In this document: positions 9,111 through 20,114 of the stretch, one piece after another
Position numbering within the stretch: position 1 is the first letter of the stretch
Layout of the letters: every line of letters starts with the position of its first letter
Assembly: GCA_903819595.1 (NCBI GenBank)
Contig: CAIJED010000340.1
Span: forward strand, 1-55,540
Direction of reading: 5' to 3'
DNA length: 55,540 bases
Source: an uncultured Methanomicrobiales archaeon
GTDB taxonomy: Archaea; Halobacteriota; Methanomicrobia; Methanomicrobiales; Methanospirillaceae
Position numbers and translations under genes: made by a program
The notes under the pieces: generated by a model
What the model was told of the DNA's origin: nothing
The model's database searches: none
The model's input: the letters and a program-made list of their open reading frames with translations, nothing else

Positions 9111-10388
9111 TCAGAATTCAATCGTCATCACCGCTTCCTCCTCTTCATGGAGTTCCCCTTTCAACCTGGCTGAATCAAATTCATAGGCAGCCCACGGGTC
9201 ATAATCTTCGTAGAGCTCACACTTATCGAGTACATCCACAAATTCCTTTAAAAAAATCCTTGGGATGATATCCACCCGTCCTCCGAATTTTCCCGTTACC
9301 CTGCTGATCATCGCCCTGATAAACCGGTGCGAGACCCGTTCCCGATCTACCTCCTTGTAGGCAGCGGAGTAGATGTCACAGACCTTCAGGGCGACGTTCT
9401 CGAGCTTGTTCATATTGAACCGGGAGAGAATGATCTGCGGCTGCCGGGGGTTCCTGAATTTATCGGCCTGTAACACGGTGATCCGGTCAAATAGGGCAGG
9501 AAGTGAGCGGAAGCCACGCGGTCCTTCAAAGAGCGAGGGTGTACCAGTGACCAGGAAATAACAGTGTGGCATTTCACCCCCGTCAAGGGAATCCACCACC
9601 TGTCGTAAGAGTGAATACCCCTTTTCACGCGTCGCACGCGGTGAAGACTGTGTCACTTCCGCCTCGTCGATGGCGACTGCCAGGCCCCGGCATCCCGACC
9701 CGATCATAATCGTTACGATCCCTTTCAGGAATACAAATGCGACAGTCTCGTCAATGTCCCCCTTAATCGCTGCTTTCTGTTTGAAATCGCGACCGATATT
9801 CGGTTCGGCAGAAAGCCAGCCGATTGCCGACTGCGCGAGCTGGAAGTCCCCCGCATTATTTGCCCGGTAATACGTCCGGAGCGCCGCTGCAAGTGAAGAG
9901 TTCATCTCGCTGATCCCGGCGAGTGCTGATTCGATCTCCCGCTCGGTTGCGGTTTCAAGTTCCTGCTCGTTTATCGTATCACCGGCGACCTGGATGATCC
10001 GCTCCTCGATCAGGTAGAGCCAGTTGTCGATAACGGCCTTCAATGCGTGTTCGTCTTCCTTCGACCGCAGTGTCATACAGATCTGCTGGTATATCCCTTT
10101 TAGCTTGTGAAGGGGGGATGACGGGGAGATGATGACGTGAGAGGTGACAAATCCCTTTTCACGGGCCATTTCAAGCGAGCGTGCAACGAGAAACGTTTTT
10201 CCGCTCCCGTAATCCCCCCGGATGAACTTGATGTCGCCCCCGCCGGAAGATACATAGTCCAGCTGGGTGGCAATCACGTCCTCTTCCACCTCGAGACCGA
10301 CGGCAATCCGCTCGAGTCCGCTGGCTGGCACTGTCCCTCTCCGGAGGGCATTGATCATATTCAGGCTCTCCAGTTTCTGCTCGTCCAT
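9111..10388 (-). CDS. BrxD/DUF2791-family P-loop ATPase
   Basis: INALRRGTVPASGLERIAVG N-terminus, Walker A GDYGSGKT, Walker B AIDEAE, PRIFLKEFVDVLD. Start MDEQK at 10388, 4 bp after the upstream stop. Confidence 0.88.
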   Translation of the reverse strand: MDEQKLESLNMINALRRGTVPASGLERIAVGLEVEEDVIATQLDYVSSGGGDIKFIRGDYGSGKTFLVARSLEMAREKGFVTSHVIISPSSPLHKLKGIYQQICMTLRSKEDEHALKAVIDNWLYLIEERIIQVAGDTINEQELETATEREIESALAGISEMNSSLAAALRTYYRANNAGDFQLAQSAIGWLSAEPNIGRDFKQKAAIKGDIDETVAFVFLKGIVTIMIGSGCRGLAVAIDEAEVTQSSPRATREKGYSLLRQVVDSLDGGEMPHCYFLVTGTPSLFEGPRGFRSLPALFDRITVLQADKFRNPRQPQIILSRFNMNKLENVALKVCDIYSAAYKEVDRERVSHRFIRAMISRVTGKFGGRVDIIPRIFLKEFVDVLDKCELYEDYDPWAAYEFDSARLKGELHEEEEAVMTIEF

Positions 10389-10392
10389 CCGA

Positions 10393-12201
10393 TCACGTCC
10401 CGGTATACTCATAGATCTCCCCCTGTTCCCCGCTCCCCCTTTTTGCCACGGGACGGACACCCTGCGCAACGCTTTTTGCGACGAGCCTGTTCATTATCCC
10501 GGCAACACGGCGTGTCCCGAGAAGTTTCCGCAATTCCGCTTCACTTGCGCGGCGATGTAGTTTCAGGAATTCGAGGACCTTCTCCTCCTGTGGTTCAAGA
10601 CCGCTGATCCGTACCTCGGGGGCCTCCCTGGTTGAAATGCTTTCCACACCATGCCCGTCCCCCATGACAGGCAGGTCAACGATCGCCCGCTCCTTGCAGC
10701 GCCTGAGGATATCCACGAAATCAGCAGTGGCAATGCAGGTCGACAACGCGGGCAGGATGTCAAGTCCCAGCAGGCAGTAGCGTTTGCATGCGGAATGATT
10801 GCCTTCACCGATTGCATTTGTCCCAGCCACAAGGTACGCCACGGCCAGGAATTCGAGCCCGTCTGCCGTGAGTTCATCCCTGCGTTCTTCCAGCCGCCCG
10901 ATCAAGTGGTGCAGGAGTCTCGGGGTAGAATGGATCATCGTATTACCCGTGGTCACCTGCGCAACCCTGATCATATCCTGGGTCCGTTTGATGTTTGAGA
11001 GGATGTAAAGGAGCACTTTCTCGCATTCCCTCCACTCTTTGTGGCGAGCGAGGAATTTTGCATATTCAAGACCCCCTGATAAGAAATCACTCCGGTATGC
11101 CCGGTAGAACCACCCCCGTGCTTCGGAAACATCTCCGAGTTGTTCGTAGAGATGACCTGTCTCATACAGGCAGACGGGGTTCGCTCCGGGTGAAATGACC
11201 GATGTAAATGTCTCAACGGTCTCGTTTTTCGGGTAGTATGTCAGCAGGAACTCTCTAAAGAACGGGATTGCATCGCGGAGCAGGGCATCGGTGCCTGTAC
11301 TTCCGATACCGGCACTGATCAATTTTTCGTAGGCCGACTTTGCCTCCCGAATCATCCCAAGATAAGCGAGTAACCGGCATTCAGTCAGGTGTAGTTCATC
11401 ATCCGTATCCCTGGTATCCCCACTCATGGCCCGGCAGATCCGGAGTGCTTCACCGTAGTCCCGGACGGAGATAAGAAGGTCGATATAGTCCCTGGCAATG
11501 CCGGGGTCCGTCTCCATCATGCAGGCGTCCTGGTACCCGGAAAGGGCCATCGTCACATTCGAGCGGGAGAGGACCGCGAGGTATTTTTTGAGGAATTCCC
11601 GGTTTTTTGAGCGTTCAAACTCTGCAGATGCGGCATCACCTGCCTTTGTGAACTCCCCTGCGGCAATGAGGGCGTCGATGAAGAGCGGGTCAACGTTTGC
11701 TTTCAGGGAGGGAAATTTCTCGTACTGGTCCAGGGCATTTCGTCCTTCTCCAACGGCAATGAGTGTAGCCACCAGGTCCCTGCAGTCATCTTCCCGCCGT
11801 GACCGCTCTGCCAGGTGTCGCCGGGCGGGAAGTGACCGCCGGTAATCCCCCATATCAGCGAGGCACGTTGCATAATTCCGAAGTGCATCCAGGTTATCGG
11901 GATCGAGGTGCACCGCCGTAGAGAATTCGGCGACGGCCCCGTCGTCACCTTTCTCCTTGAGGACCTTACCAAGAAAGCCGTGAACATGGGACGATTCAGG
12001 CATGGTACGTGCAAGGTCCCGGAAATGGAGCTCGGCCTCTTCCAGACGTCCGAGTTTGAACAGGTCCGTGGCTGCCAGTACGCCGACCTGCGGTTCCTGT
12101 TTCTCGCCAAGGAGGTCCATGCACATTGCATAGGACTCTTCGTACTTCCCTTCTTCAAATAGCTGGAATGCAGAACGTTTTCTCTCGGAGAACCCGGTCA
12201 C
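10393..12201 (-). CDS. Tetratricopeptide-repeat protein with C-terminal winged-helix-like domain
   Basis: TPR motifs (LGKVLKEKGD...AVHLDPDNLDAL; TGHLYEQLGDVSEARGWFYRAY). C-terminal EEKVLEFLKLHRRASEAELRKLLG. GTG start at 12201 overlaps the upstream TGA (GTGA). Confidence 0.85.
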   Translation of the reverse strand: MTGFSERKRSAFQLFEEGKYEESYAMCMDLLGEKQEPQVGVLAATDLFKLGRLEEAELHFRDLARTMPESSHVHGFLGKVLKEKGDDGAVAEFSTAVHLDPDNLDALRNYATCLADMGDYRRSLPARRHLAERSRREDDCRDLVATLIAVGEGRNALDQYEKFPSLKANVDPLFIDALIAAGEFTKAGDAASAEFERSKNREFLKKYLAVLSRSNVTMALSGYQDACMMETDPGIARDYIDLLISVRDYGEALRICRAMSGDTRDTDDELHLTECRLLAYLGMIREAKSAYEKLISAGIGSTGTDALLRDAIPFFREFLLTYYPKNETVETFTSVISPGANPVCLYETGHLYEQLGDVSEARGWFYRAYRSDFLSGGLEYAKFLARHKEWRECEKVLLYILSNIKRTQDMIRVAQVTTGNTMIHSTPRLLHHLIGRLEERRDELTADGLEFLAVAYLVAGTNAIGEGNHSACKRYCLLGLDILPALSTCIATADFVDILRRCKERAIVDLPVMGDGHGVESISTREAPEVRISGLEPQEEKVLEFLKLHRRASEAELRKLLGTRRVAGIMNRLVAKSVAQGVRPVAKRGSGEQGEIYEYTGT

Positions 12202-12890
12202 TTCCAGTCCCTTCCAAACCTGAGTGCCACGAGGTTCTTCAGCATCGAGAACGCATCCTGACCCTTGACCCGGGAATCTCCCATGTTCTGCCATATCACC
12301 GGGAGTTCCTTTATCACAAACCCTGACCTTCTCATCCGCCAGATCAGTTCCACGTCAAATTCAAACCCGGTTGATGTCATCTCCGGAAGGACCGTCCGCA
12401 ATGAGCTGCTGTTAAAGATTTTTGCCCCGCACTGGGTATCGTAATATGGCAGGCCAAAAAGGAGCCTGATAATAATATTGAAGGTCCGGCTCTCCAGCCT
12501 CCTGAAGGTGCCCTGCGGGGAGGTCACCACTGACCCCGGGACATAACGGGAACCGATGACACCATCTGCCCCATTGAGTCCGTCAAGCAGGCCACTCATC
12601 TCCGCAATGGATGTGGAACCATCCGCATCCATGTAACCTGCGAAGGGGGTTTGTGCTTTTCTTAACCCTTCGAGGATGGCCTTTCCCTTTCCGAGCCGTT
12701 TCGGATATTCAAGGCAGTCTGTATGCATATCCGGGTTTGCCGCTGCAAAATTACGGATGACATCCGCCGTCCGGTCATCCCCGTCGCAGATAAAGAGGCA
12801 GGTGACGGCAGAACCCTTAATGTCACTAAGAAGTATCTGGATGCGCTCCTCTTCGTTATAAGCAGGGATGACCAGTGTACATGCAGCCAT
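12198..12890 (-). CDS. GT2 glycosyltransferase, dolichyl-phosphate beta-glucosyltransferase-like
   Basis: VIPAYNEE, GKGKA, MDADGS, DTQCGAK, FEFDVE motifs. Confidence 0.92.
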   Translation of the reverse strand: MAACTLVIPAYNEEERIQILLSDIKGSAVTCLFICDGDDRTADVIRNFAAANPDMHTDCLEYPKRLGKGKAILEGLRKAQTPFAGYMDADGSTSIAEMSGLLDGLNGADGVIGSRYVPGSVVTSPQGTFRRLESRTFNIIIRLLFGLPYYDTQCGAKIFNSSSLRTVLPEMTSTGFEFDVELIWRMRRSGFVIKELPVIWQNMGDSRVKGQDAFSMLKNLVALRFGRDWK

Positions 12891-13122
12891 CCCTGTCTCT
12901 CTCTCTTTTTGGTCCAGTTTACTTCCTCCGGATATATTTGACCTGTTTTAGCCCTGATTTACAGGACAAGCCACGTGACTGTATCATTGGTCATCCCGGG
13001 TGACGCACTGAACTGACAACCCGTCATGGCGCCCTGAGTGGACGTTCTGAAAGGGAGTACGTGTGGCAGTTTCACCCGGGTACCAGTGCACCACTATCTT
13101 TCGGAGCATTATGCCAAATACA

Positions 13123-13383
13123 TTACGAAGCATCATCCCGCTGGTGTTTTGTTAAGTGATCTGCTAAAGCAGTCCCGGGACGGGCACGGGTTGCCATTAA
13201 CAGGGCTGTTTCACGGAGTACCTGGTGGTCACGGAGGCAGGAATCGGGAGGCGGGCTTTTTCTCAGGATGGCAGAACTGTTCTCGGTGATCTGGATCAAT
13301 TCGGTGGCAATGACGGCATTCAGCCATACGAGGTCACGGAGTAACTCCGCAAGGTCATTCTCCTTCATCAGTTCATCTGACAT
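13123..13383 (-). CDS. Small hypothetical protein
   Basis: Protein-like helical ORF (LLRDLVWLNAVIATELIQITEN), divergent from the thioesterase. Confidence 0.6.
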   Translation of the reverse strand: MSDELMKENDLAELLRDLVWLNAVIATELIQITENSSAILRKSPPPDSCLRDHQVLRETALLMATRARPGTALADHLTKHQRDDAS

Positions 13384-13475
13384 ATGAACAGGAGTTGTCG
13401 CGCAGACCAGATGAATACACCCCGGATTGTAAAGAAAATCCTTATGGTATCGGCAGCGAAGATACAAAGGAGAAA

Positions 13476-13916
13476 ATGAGTTATCTTGAGAGGATCAGGG
13501 ACCGCGGAAGGGATGCCAACCCGTTTTTCCGGCTGATGGGAATCGTGGTGGTCTCACTCGGGGAAGGGAAGGCTACACTTTCCATGGAGGTGCGGGACGA
13601 TATGCTCAACGGCGAAGGATTCCTGCAGGGCGGGATGTTTACGGCGCTCGCCGACGAGGCCATGGTGCTGGCTATTTACACGCTGCTCGACAAGCACCAG
13701 GTGATCGCCACGATATCAGAATCGACCAGTTTCATGAGGGGGGCCGGGCCCCGGATGGTCCTGGTCGCAGAAGGCAGAATTATTAAAAAAGGGAGGCGGG
13801 TCGTGTTCTCAGAAGCGGACGTAAGGCTCGAGGGACAGCATGATATTATTGCCCGTTCGTCTGCATCGTTTGCAATTTCAACCCCCGAAAAAAAGCAAGT
13901 CACGGAAAATGCGTAA
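13476..13916 (+). CDS. PaaI-family hotdog-fold thioesterase
   Basis: NGEGFLQGGMFTALADEAM motif, KKGRRV, GGAG upstream of ATG 13476. Confidence 0.92.
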   Translation: MSYLERIRDRGRDANPFFRLMGIVVVSLGEGKATLSMEVRDDMLNGEGFLQGGMFTALADEAMVLAIYTLLDKHQVIATISESTSFMRGAGPRMVLVAEGRIIKKGRRVVFSEADVRLEGQHDIIARSSASFAISTPEKKQVTENA

Positions 13917-14107
13917 TATCCTGCTTATCATCCGGGGTCAGTTCTACCCCTGAAAAAGCCACGTGTCATTAGTTTTATCGGACCTGGAATAACCAGAGAA
14001 CCGCCCACCCCTTTTCTTCAATCACTCGCGTTGCAGGGCAATAGAACTATCATAAAATGGTGATAATGAATACTCAGTACTGAAAATCAGGTGAACGGGG
14101 GGATCAA

Positions 14108-15688
14108 GTGAAGTACATTTTTGTTACCGGCGGAGTGATGAGCGGGCTTGGCAAAGGTATTACCGCGGCGTCAGTAGGACGCATCCTGAAAAGCCGTGGT
14201 TATAAAGTAACGGCGGTAAAGATTGACCCGTACCTGAATATCGACGCCGGTACGATGAACCCCGGCCAGCACGGTGAGGTGTTCGTCCTCTCTGACGGCG
14301 GGGAAGTAGACCTGGACCTGGGGAATTATGAGCGGTTCCTCGATATTGACCTCGGTGCCACCCACAATATTACGACCGGGAAAGTCTACCGGACGGTCAT
14401 CGAAATGGAACGGCATGGCGATTTCCTTGGTGAGACCGTTCAGATCATCCCCCACATCACCGACCAGATCAAGACCTGTATCAGGAATGCGGCAGAAACC
14501 GTGATTAATGGCAGTGATCTCGCGGAAATATGTCTCGTTGAGGTTGGTGGCACGGTGGGCGACATTGAAAGTATGCCCTTCCTTGAAGCGGTCAGGCAGA
14601 TGCGGGGGGAACTCCCTGAAGAGGATAGCCTCCTTATCCACGTGACTCTCATCCCAGCGGACTCGATGGGCGACATGAAGACCAAGCCGACCCAGCACTC
14701 CGTCAAGGCGCTCCGTGAACTGGGTCTTTACGCGGATATCATCGTCGGCAGGAGTGATCAGCCAATCGGCCCGAACACGAAACGAAAGATTTCGGCGTTC
14801 TGTGACCTCCCCCAGGCAGGCGTGATCAGCGCAGCGACGGTGCCCGATATTTACCAGGTGCCGATGGAGATGGAAAAGGAAGGTCTCGCCGAGGTCCTTT
14901 CCAAGCATATGGGCCTTGGAAAGAGGTCCGTGAATAATGACTGGTACAGCCTCGTAAACCGGGAGTACACGAACCGTATCAGTGTGGCCATTGTCTCCAA
15001 GTATGGGATTGAGGACGTCTATCTGAGTATCAAGGAAGCACTCAAACATGCGGGACGTGCCCTATCGACTGAAGTGAAGATCGGCTGGCTGGATGCAGAA
15101 CGGTATGAACAGTCAACCCTGGAGGAATATGACGGAATCCTGATCCCCGGAGGGTTCGGGCCGCGTGGAATACAAGGTAAGATCGATGCCATTACCTTTG
15201 CCCGGACAAAAGGTATCCCGTTCCTCGGTCTCTGCCTCGGGTTCCAGATGGCGGTTGTCGAGTATTCGCGAAATGTGCTCGGGTGGACCGATGCGACGAG
15301 TGAAGAGTTTGGGAAAGGCCGCCATGTGATCGCCATCCTTCCGGAGCAGGAGAACGTAAAAAACCTTGGCGGTACCATGCGACTGGGCAATTACCCGGTG
15401 ACGATCAGGGATGGGACACTGGCAAAGAAACTCTACGGGTGTAATGAGACGACCGAGCGGCACCGCCACCGCTACGAGGTGGACCCGGGCTCCATAGAAA
15501 TGCTCGAAAAAGCAGGTGTGGTATTTTCAGGGACTTATGGGAACAGGATGGAGATTCTCGAAGTCCCGTCACACCCGTTCTTTTTTGCGTCCCAGTTCCA
15601 CCCTGAGTTCAGGTCCCGGCCGACCCGCCCCTCACCCCCGTTCCTTGGGTTTGTGGATGCATGCCGCGAGAGAAGTAAAAAGATCTAA
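14108..15688 (+). CDS. pyrG: CTP synthase
   Basis: [54 protein letters not shown]. Confidence 0.99.
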   Translation: MKYIFVTGGVMSGLGKGITAASVGRILKSRGYKVTAVKIDPYLNIDAGTMNPGQHGEVFVLSDGGEVDLDLGNYERFLDIDLGATHNITTGKVYRTVIEMERHGDFLGETVQIIPHITDQIKTCIRNAAETVINGSDLAEICLVEVGGTVGDIESMPFLEAVRQMRGELPEEDSLLIHVTLIPADSMGDMKTKPTQHSVKALRELGLYADIIVGRSDQPIGPNTKRKISAFCDLPQAGVISAATVPDIYQVPMEMEKEGLAEVLSKHMGLGKRSVNNDWYSLVNREYTNRISVAIVSKYGIEDVYLSIKEALKHAGRALSTEVKIGWLDAERYEQSTLEEYDGILIPGGFGPRGIQGKIDAITFARTKGIPFLGLCLGFQMAVVEYSRNVLGWTDATSEEFGKGRHVIAILPEQENVKNLGGTMRLGNYPVTIRDGTLAKKLYGCNETTERHRHRYEVDPGSIEMLEKAGVVFSGTYGNRMEILEVPSHPFFFASQFHPEFRSRPTRPSPPFLGFVDACRERSKKI

Positions 15689-15705
15689 AAAATCCGGGTG
15701 AACGA

Positions 15706-16623
15706 ATGGTTAATACAGCAAAATTCATCGACCAGGCCGTAAAGGAGATCAGGGATACCGCTGCAGGCAGGGGAGTTGTCATGGCCCTTTCAGGTGGGGT
15801 TGACAGTTCCGTCGTGGCAGCGCTGGCAGAAAAGGCAATCGGGCCCCGCCTGGTACCGATTTATGTTGATACCGGGCTGATGAGAAAGGGGGAGACTGAC
15901 CGGATCCGTCACCTGTTTGGTTATATGGATCCAAAAGTGGTGGATGCATCGGTCGAATTTCTCACTGCCCTCAAAGGGATAACCGACCCTGAAGCGAAGA
16001 GGAAAGCGATTGGTGAGCAGTTCATCCGTGTCTTCGAACGTGAGGCACGGCTGACGGGAGCCACGATGCTTCTCCAGGGGACGATCTATCCTGACCGGAT
16101 CGAGAGTGAGGGGGGCATCAAAAGCCATCATAATGTCGGTGGCATGCCTCTCCATCTGGAATTTGAAGGGGTGATTGAACCGCTCCGTGATCTCTACAAG
16201 GACGAAGTGCGGGACGTTGCCGGTGCACTCAGGCTCCCGGCAGAAATCCAGCACAGGATGCCATTTCCGGGACCCGGTCTTGCCGTCCGGATCATCGGGG
16301 AAGTAACACCTGAAAAAGTTGAGGTCGCGAGGGAAGCAAACTGGATTGTCGAGGACGAACTGGTAGAACAGTTCCATCCCTGGCAGTGCCTGGCGGCAGT
16401 GATCGGTCTCGGGACCGGGGTGAAAGGGGATAACCGGGTCCATGGGTGGATAGTCGCTGTACGGGCTGTCAACTCACGCGATGGTATGACCGCCGATCCG
16501 ATCCATCTGCCATACGAGGTACTGGCAAAGATCGAGTCACGGATCACCGGGCAGATCAGGAGTGTGGCAAGGGTGGTGTACGACATCACCCCGAAACCAC
16601 CTGCGACAATTGAGTACGAATGA
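15706..16623 (+). CDS. guaAB: GMP synthase subunit B (ATP pyrophosphatase)
   Basis: [37 protein letters not shown]. Confidence 0.97.
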   Translation: MVNTAKFIDQAVKEIRDTAAGRGVVMALSGGVDSSVVAALAEKAIGPRLVPIYVDTGLMRKGETDRIRHLFGYMDPKVVDASVEFLTALKGITDPEAKRKAIGEQFIRVFEREARLTGATMLLQGTIYPDRIESEGGIKSHHNVGGMPLHLEFEGVIEPLRDLYKDEVRDVAGALRLPAEIQHRMPFPGPGLAVRIIGEVTPEKVEVAREANWIVEDELVEQFHPWQCLAAVIGLGTGVKGDNRVHGWIVAVRAVNSRDGMTADPIHLPYEVLAKIESRITGQIRSVARVVYDITPKPPATIEYE

Positions 16624-16746
16624 GATAAATGGCGACACGGGGGGTCTGCATCGGCAAATCATGCAGCCCGAATACCCATGACGTTTATTTCTTCAACCGG
16701 AAAAGATCATAGGGAAAACAGGAAAATCGAGCAGGAAGGATAAAAA

Positions 16747-17877
16747 ATGGAAAATTTACCCAGTTTCAGGGAACTTGATGCACAGTACGTGATGCCCGCA
16801 TTTACACGGGACATGATGATCACCCGGGGGTCGGGCTCAACCGTGTGGGACTCGGAAGGAAAAGAGTATATTGACTGTGTGGCCGGGATTGCGGTATGCA
16901 GCACCGGTCACTGCCACCCGGCCGTAGTGAAGGCGATCTGCGACCAGGCACACGAGTTAATCCACTGCTCCAACCTGTATTACGTGCCGCACCAGGCAGA
17001 ACTGGCGAAGAAGCTTGTAGAACTGTCAGGCCTCGAAAAGGCATTTTTCTCCAATTCAGGTGCGGAGGCGAACGATGGTGCATTGAAGCTGGCACGCGTG
17101 CGGACTGGCAGAAAGAAATTTGTCTCATTTATACATGGGTTCCACGGGAGGACAATCGGCTCACTGGCAGTCACCCACAAACCGGCGATACGGGAACCGT
17201 TCGAACCTCTCGGGCTCGAATGCTCATTTGTGGAGTATGGAGACCTCGAGTCCCTGAAGGAAGTGATCGATAAAGAGACGGCTGCCGTGCTGGTCGAACC
17301 GGTACAGGGTGAAGCGGGTGTCATTACACCACCGGCCGGCTTCCTCGAAGGGGTCCGCGAGATCTGCGATGACCACGGTACGCTGATGATTGCCGATGAG
17401 GTACAGACCGGTATGGGAAGGACCGGGAAGTGGTTTGGTTACCAGCATACCCGCGTGATGCCTGATATCTTAACGATTGCAAAAGGGATTGCCAGCGGTT
17501 TCCCGATGGGAGCGCTTGTGGCAGGTAATGGGCTGGAATTCCGGAAGAGCGAGCACGGGAGTACGTTTGCGGGAGGGCCCCTCGCCTGTGCAACGGCACT
17601 TGCAACAATTGATGTCATCGAAGAGATTCTTCCGTCCATTGCCGCCAAGGCAGAACGGTTCAGGAAAGGCCTGTCCAGGCACCACATCCGGGTTGCCGGT
17701 CTCCTGATAGGGATGAGTACTGGTGACCGCTGTGCGTCCATCCGGGATGCCTGCGCCGAAAAGGGCGTACTCGTAAACTGTGCCGCGGATGGAAACCTGC
17801 GGCTGATGCCACCGCTGGTCATCAGCAACATCGAGATTGACCGTGTGATTGAGGTGGTCAATGAAGCGATGGGTTAG
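16747..17877 (+). CDS. argD: Acetylornithine aminotransferase
   Basis: Class III PLP enzyme: NSGAEAN, FHGRT, EPVQGEAG, DEVQTGMGRTG, HGSTFAG. Confidence 0.93.
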   Translation: MENLPSFRELDAQYVMPAFTRDMMITRGSGSTVWDSEGKEYIDCVAGIAVCSTGHCHPAVVKAICDQAHELIHCSNLYYVPHQAELAKKLVELSGLEKAFFSNSGAEANDGALKLARVRTGRKKFVSFIHGFHGRTIGSLAVTHKPAIREPFEPLGLECSFVEYGDLESLKEVIDKETAAVLVEPVQGEAGVITPPAGFLEGVREICDDHGTLMIADEVQTGMGRTGKWFGYQHTRVMPDILTIAKGIASGFPMGALVAGNGLEFRKSEHGSTFAGGPLACATALATIDVIEEILPSIAAKAERFRKGLSRHHIRVAGLLIGMSTGDRCASIRDACAEKGVLVNCAADGNLRLMPPLVISNIEIDRVIEVVNEAMG

Positions 17878-18922
17878 GGGGTGCTACCAGAGCGAGGGCT
17901 ATAGTTTTGCGAAGAGCGCCGCCGAGGTCAGGAAAAAACATGGTCTTGACCGGATTGCCAGGCTTGCAAGCAATGAAAATCCGGACCCGCCTTCAGAGGC
18001 CGCACTGAAATCCGGGACTGATGCCCTGATCCATGCCAACCGGTACCCGGACGAGCGGCAGGCATTCCTTCATGAAGCTCTAGTCGCAGCGCATGGCGAT
18101 TACCCTTTCGTCACCGGCGTAGGGATGGACGGGGTGATCGAGACAACGATCCGGACACTGGTGGAACCGGGAGAACTTGTCGCGATTTCCACGCCCACGT
18201 TCTCTTTTTACCGCCTGTCTGCCATTGCGCAGGGGGCGGGAGTCGTCGAAGTGCCGAGAGGGCCGGGTTTTGCAGTTGAACCTGTCTCCTTCATCGAGGC
18301 ATGCGAAGAAGCGAAGCTGGCATTCCTCTGCACCCCCAACAACCCGACAGGAAATGCCACCTCCCCGGCAGTGATCCGTGAGATCCTCGGGCAGATCGAG
18401 TGTGTCCTGTTCCTTGATAACGCATATGTGGAGTTTTCAGCATTTGATTATCTCCCGCTGTTGAAGGAGTACGATAACCTGATTATCGGAAGGACGTTTT
18501 CGAAAGCGTACTCGCTTGCCGGGCTCCGGGTTGGATATGCGGTGGTACCGGAATGGTTCAGGCCCTATTACCTCCGTGCCGCGACACCCCACACCCTCAA
18601 CGCCGTGTCGGCTGCGGCGGCCGTGGGGGCCCTTTCTGATCTACCACATCTCGAAAGAGCACGGACCCGGGTCCAACGGCTGCGAAAAGAACTAACCTGC
18701 CGGTTGGGTTACCCGGTCATGCCATCGGACGCAAACTTTGTCATGGTGGATGTCGCGCCGCTCGCGTCAGATGAGGCAGTCGACCGTCTTTCCCGGATGG
18801 GGGTACTCGTCCGTTCATGCAGGAGTTTCCGCGGTCTCGAAGACCACTATGTACGGGTGAGTATCGGGGCTGACTGGGAGAACGAGATGTGCATTGATGC
18901 CTTTGGCCGTTTAAATTCATGA
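17861..18922 (+). CDS. hisC: Histidinol-phosphate aminotransferase
   Basis: LASNENP, PNNPTG, DNAYVEF, RTFSKAYSLAGLRVGY. Confidence 0.92.
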   Translation: MKRWVRGCYQSEGYSFAKSAAEVRKKHGLDRIARLASNENPDPPSEAALKSGTDALIHANRYPDERQAFLHEALVAAHGDYPFVTGVGMDGVIETTIRTLVEPGELVAISTPTFSFYRLSAIAQGAGVVEVPRGPGFAVEPVSFIEACEEAKLAFLCTPNNPTGNATSPAVIREILGQIECVLFLDNAYVEFSAFDYLPLLKEYDNLIIGRTFSKAYSLAGLRVGYAVVPEWFRPYYLRAATPHTLNAVSAAAAVGALSDLPHLERARTRVQRLRKELTCRLGYPVMPSDANFVMVDVAPLASDEAVDRLSRMGVLVRSCRSFRGLEDHYVRVSIGADWENEMCIDAFGRLNS

Positions 18923-19431
18923 TGTACGGGATTTCCGGGACCCCCGGCACAGGAAAGTCCGCGATAGCCGGCGAGCTGGTACGGCGGGGTCACCCGGTGG
19001 TCCATGCGAACGAAACGGCCAGGGAATTTATGATTGAGGCAGACCCTGAACGGGACGCCGTCATCATTGACGAAGATGCATGGATTGCCTCTTTCCGCCC
19101 GGTAGACGGGTTTATTGAAGGGCACCTGGTCCATCTTCTGCCCTGTGACCTGGTGATCATTCTCCGCTGCCGGCCGGATATCCTCAGGTCTAGGCTTGCC
19201 GTGAGGGGATACAAGGAGGGGAAAATTCAGGAGAATGTGGAGGCCGAAGCACTCGATCTGATCCTCATTGAAGCCCTTGAGGTTCACCCGCCAGGGCACA
19301 TTTTAGAAATTGACACAACCAGTGCCGGGATCCCTGCCTGCGTGGAACAGATAGAGCAGTTTATCCGATGGGAGATACCTTCCTCTTATGGGAAGAACGA
19401 CTGGTCGGACTACCTGGAGCCAAAAAGATGA
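18919..19431 (+). CDS. Archaeal adenylate kinase (AK6/Fap7-like)
   Basis: GTPGTGKS, EGHL, RGYKEGKIQENVEAEAL. Confidence 0.9.
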   Translation: MMYGISGTPGTGKSAIAGELVRRGHPVVHANETAREFMIEADPERDAVIIDEDAWIASFRPVDGFIEGHLVHLLPCDLVIILRCRPDILRSRLAVRGYKEGKIQENVEAEALDLILIEALEVHPPGHILEIDTTSAGIPACVEQIEQFIRWEIPSSYGKNDWSDYLEPKR

Positions 19432-20024
19432 CCCTTGACCATTTCAGACCGCATGTGAAGGACTGGTTTAACCCGTTCATTGCGGTCTCGATCAAGATGG
19501 GCCTGACCCCTAATATTCTGACCGTCGGATCACTGATCGCCGCAATTGCAGCGGGCGTCTTTTTTTATTTCAATAATATCGTGCCAGCGGTTGTGATGGT
19601 CGCGCTGAATGCAGGTTTCGATGCGCTGGATGGCGCTCTTGCCCGGGCAATGAATATCCAGAGCCCGAAGGGTGATTTCCTCGACCACGTGGTCGACCGG
19701 TACGCAGATATTTTCATCATCACCGGTATTATTGGTGGTGGCAATTCAGGCTGGCTGCTTGGAATTTTTGCCCTGACCGGTGTATTGATGTCTTCATATA
19801 TCGGCACCCAGGCACAGGCGGTGGGTGTAGGGAGATTTTATGGCGGGGTGCTCGGGAGGGCAGACCGCCTGCTGCTGATCATGGTGGCCGGTGTCCTGAC
19901 ACTGGTATTCCCGGAGGGAGTGTTCGGGGTTCCACTGCTCGGCTGGCTACTCGTGATATTCGGAGTGTTCGGCCATTTCACCGCGGTCCAGCGGTTCCGG
20001 CACACCTGGCACAAAATTGAATAG
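19428..20024 (+). CDS. CDP-alcohol phosphatidyltransferase (archaetidylinositol-phosphate synthase-like)
   Basis: DALDGALAR...GDFLDHVVDR motif, ATGA overlap with upstream gene. Confidence 0.93.
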   Translation: MTLDHFRPHVKDWFNPFIAVSIKMGLTPNILTVGSLIAAIAAGVFFYFNNIVPAVVMVALNAGFDALDGALARAMNIQSPKGDFLDHVVDRYADIFIITGIIGGGNSGWLLGIFALTGVLMSSYIGTQAQAVGVGRFYGGVLGRADRLLLIMVAGVLTLVFPEGVFGVPLLGWLLVIFGVFGHFTAVQRFRHTWHKIE

Positions 20025-20114
20025 GTGACAGGATTTTTTGGTCCGGCATATCCCGGACTTCCATCTTCTAGAGAATGCGATAGAAAAAACCATCAAAAGA
20101 CAGGGGGTTCAGTT

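Noticed and set aside
9111..12890. Complete BREX or Shango system
   Set aside because: No pglX, pglZ, brxC, TerB or helicase gene in the window
12996..13080. 9-bp inverted repeat CCCGGGTGA/TCACCCGGG as a structured RNA
   Set aside because: Short GC-rich match. CCCGGG is frequent in this sequence and there is no other support
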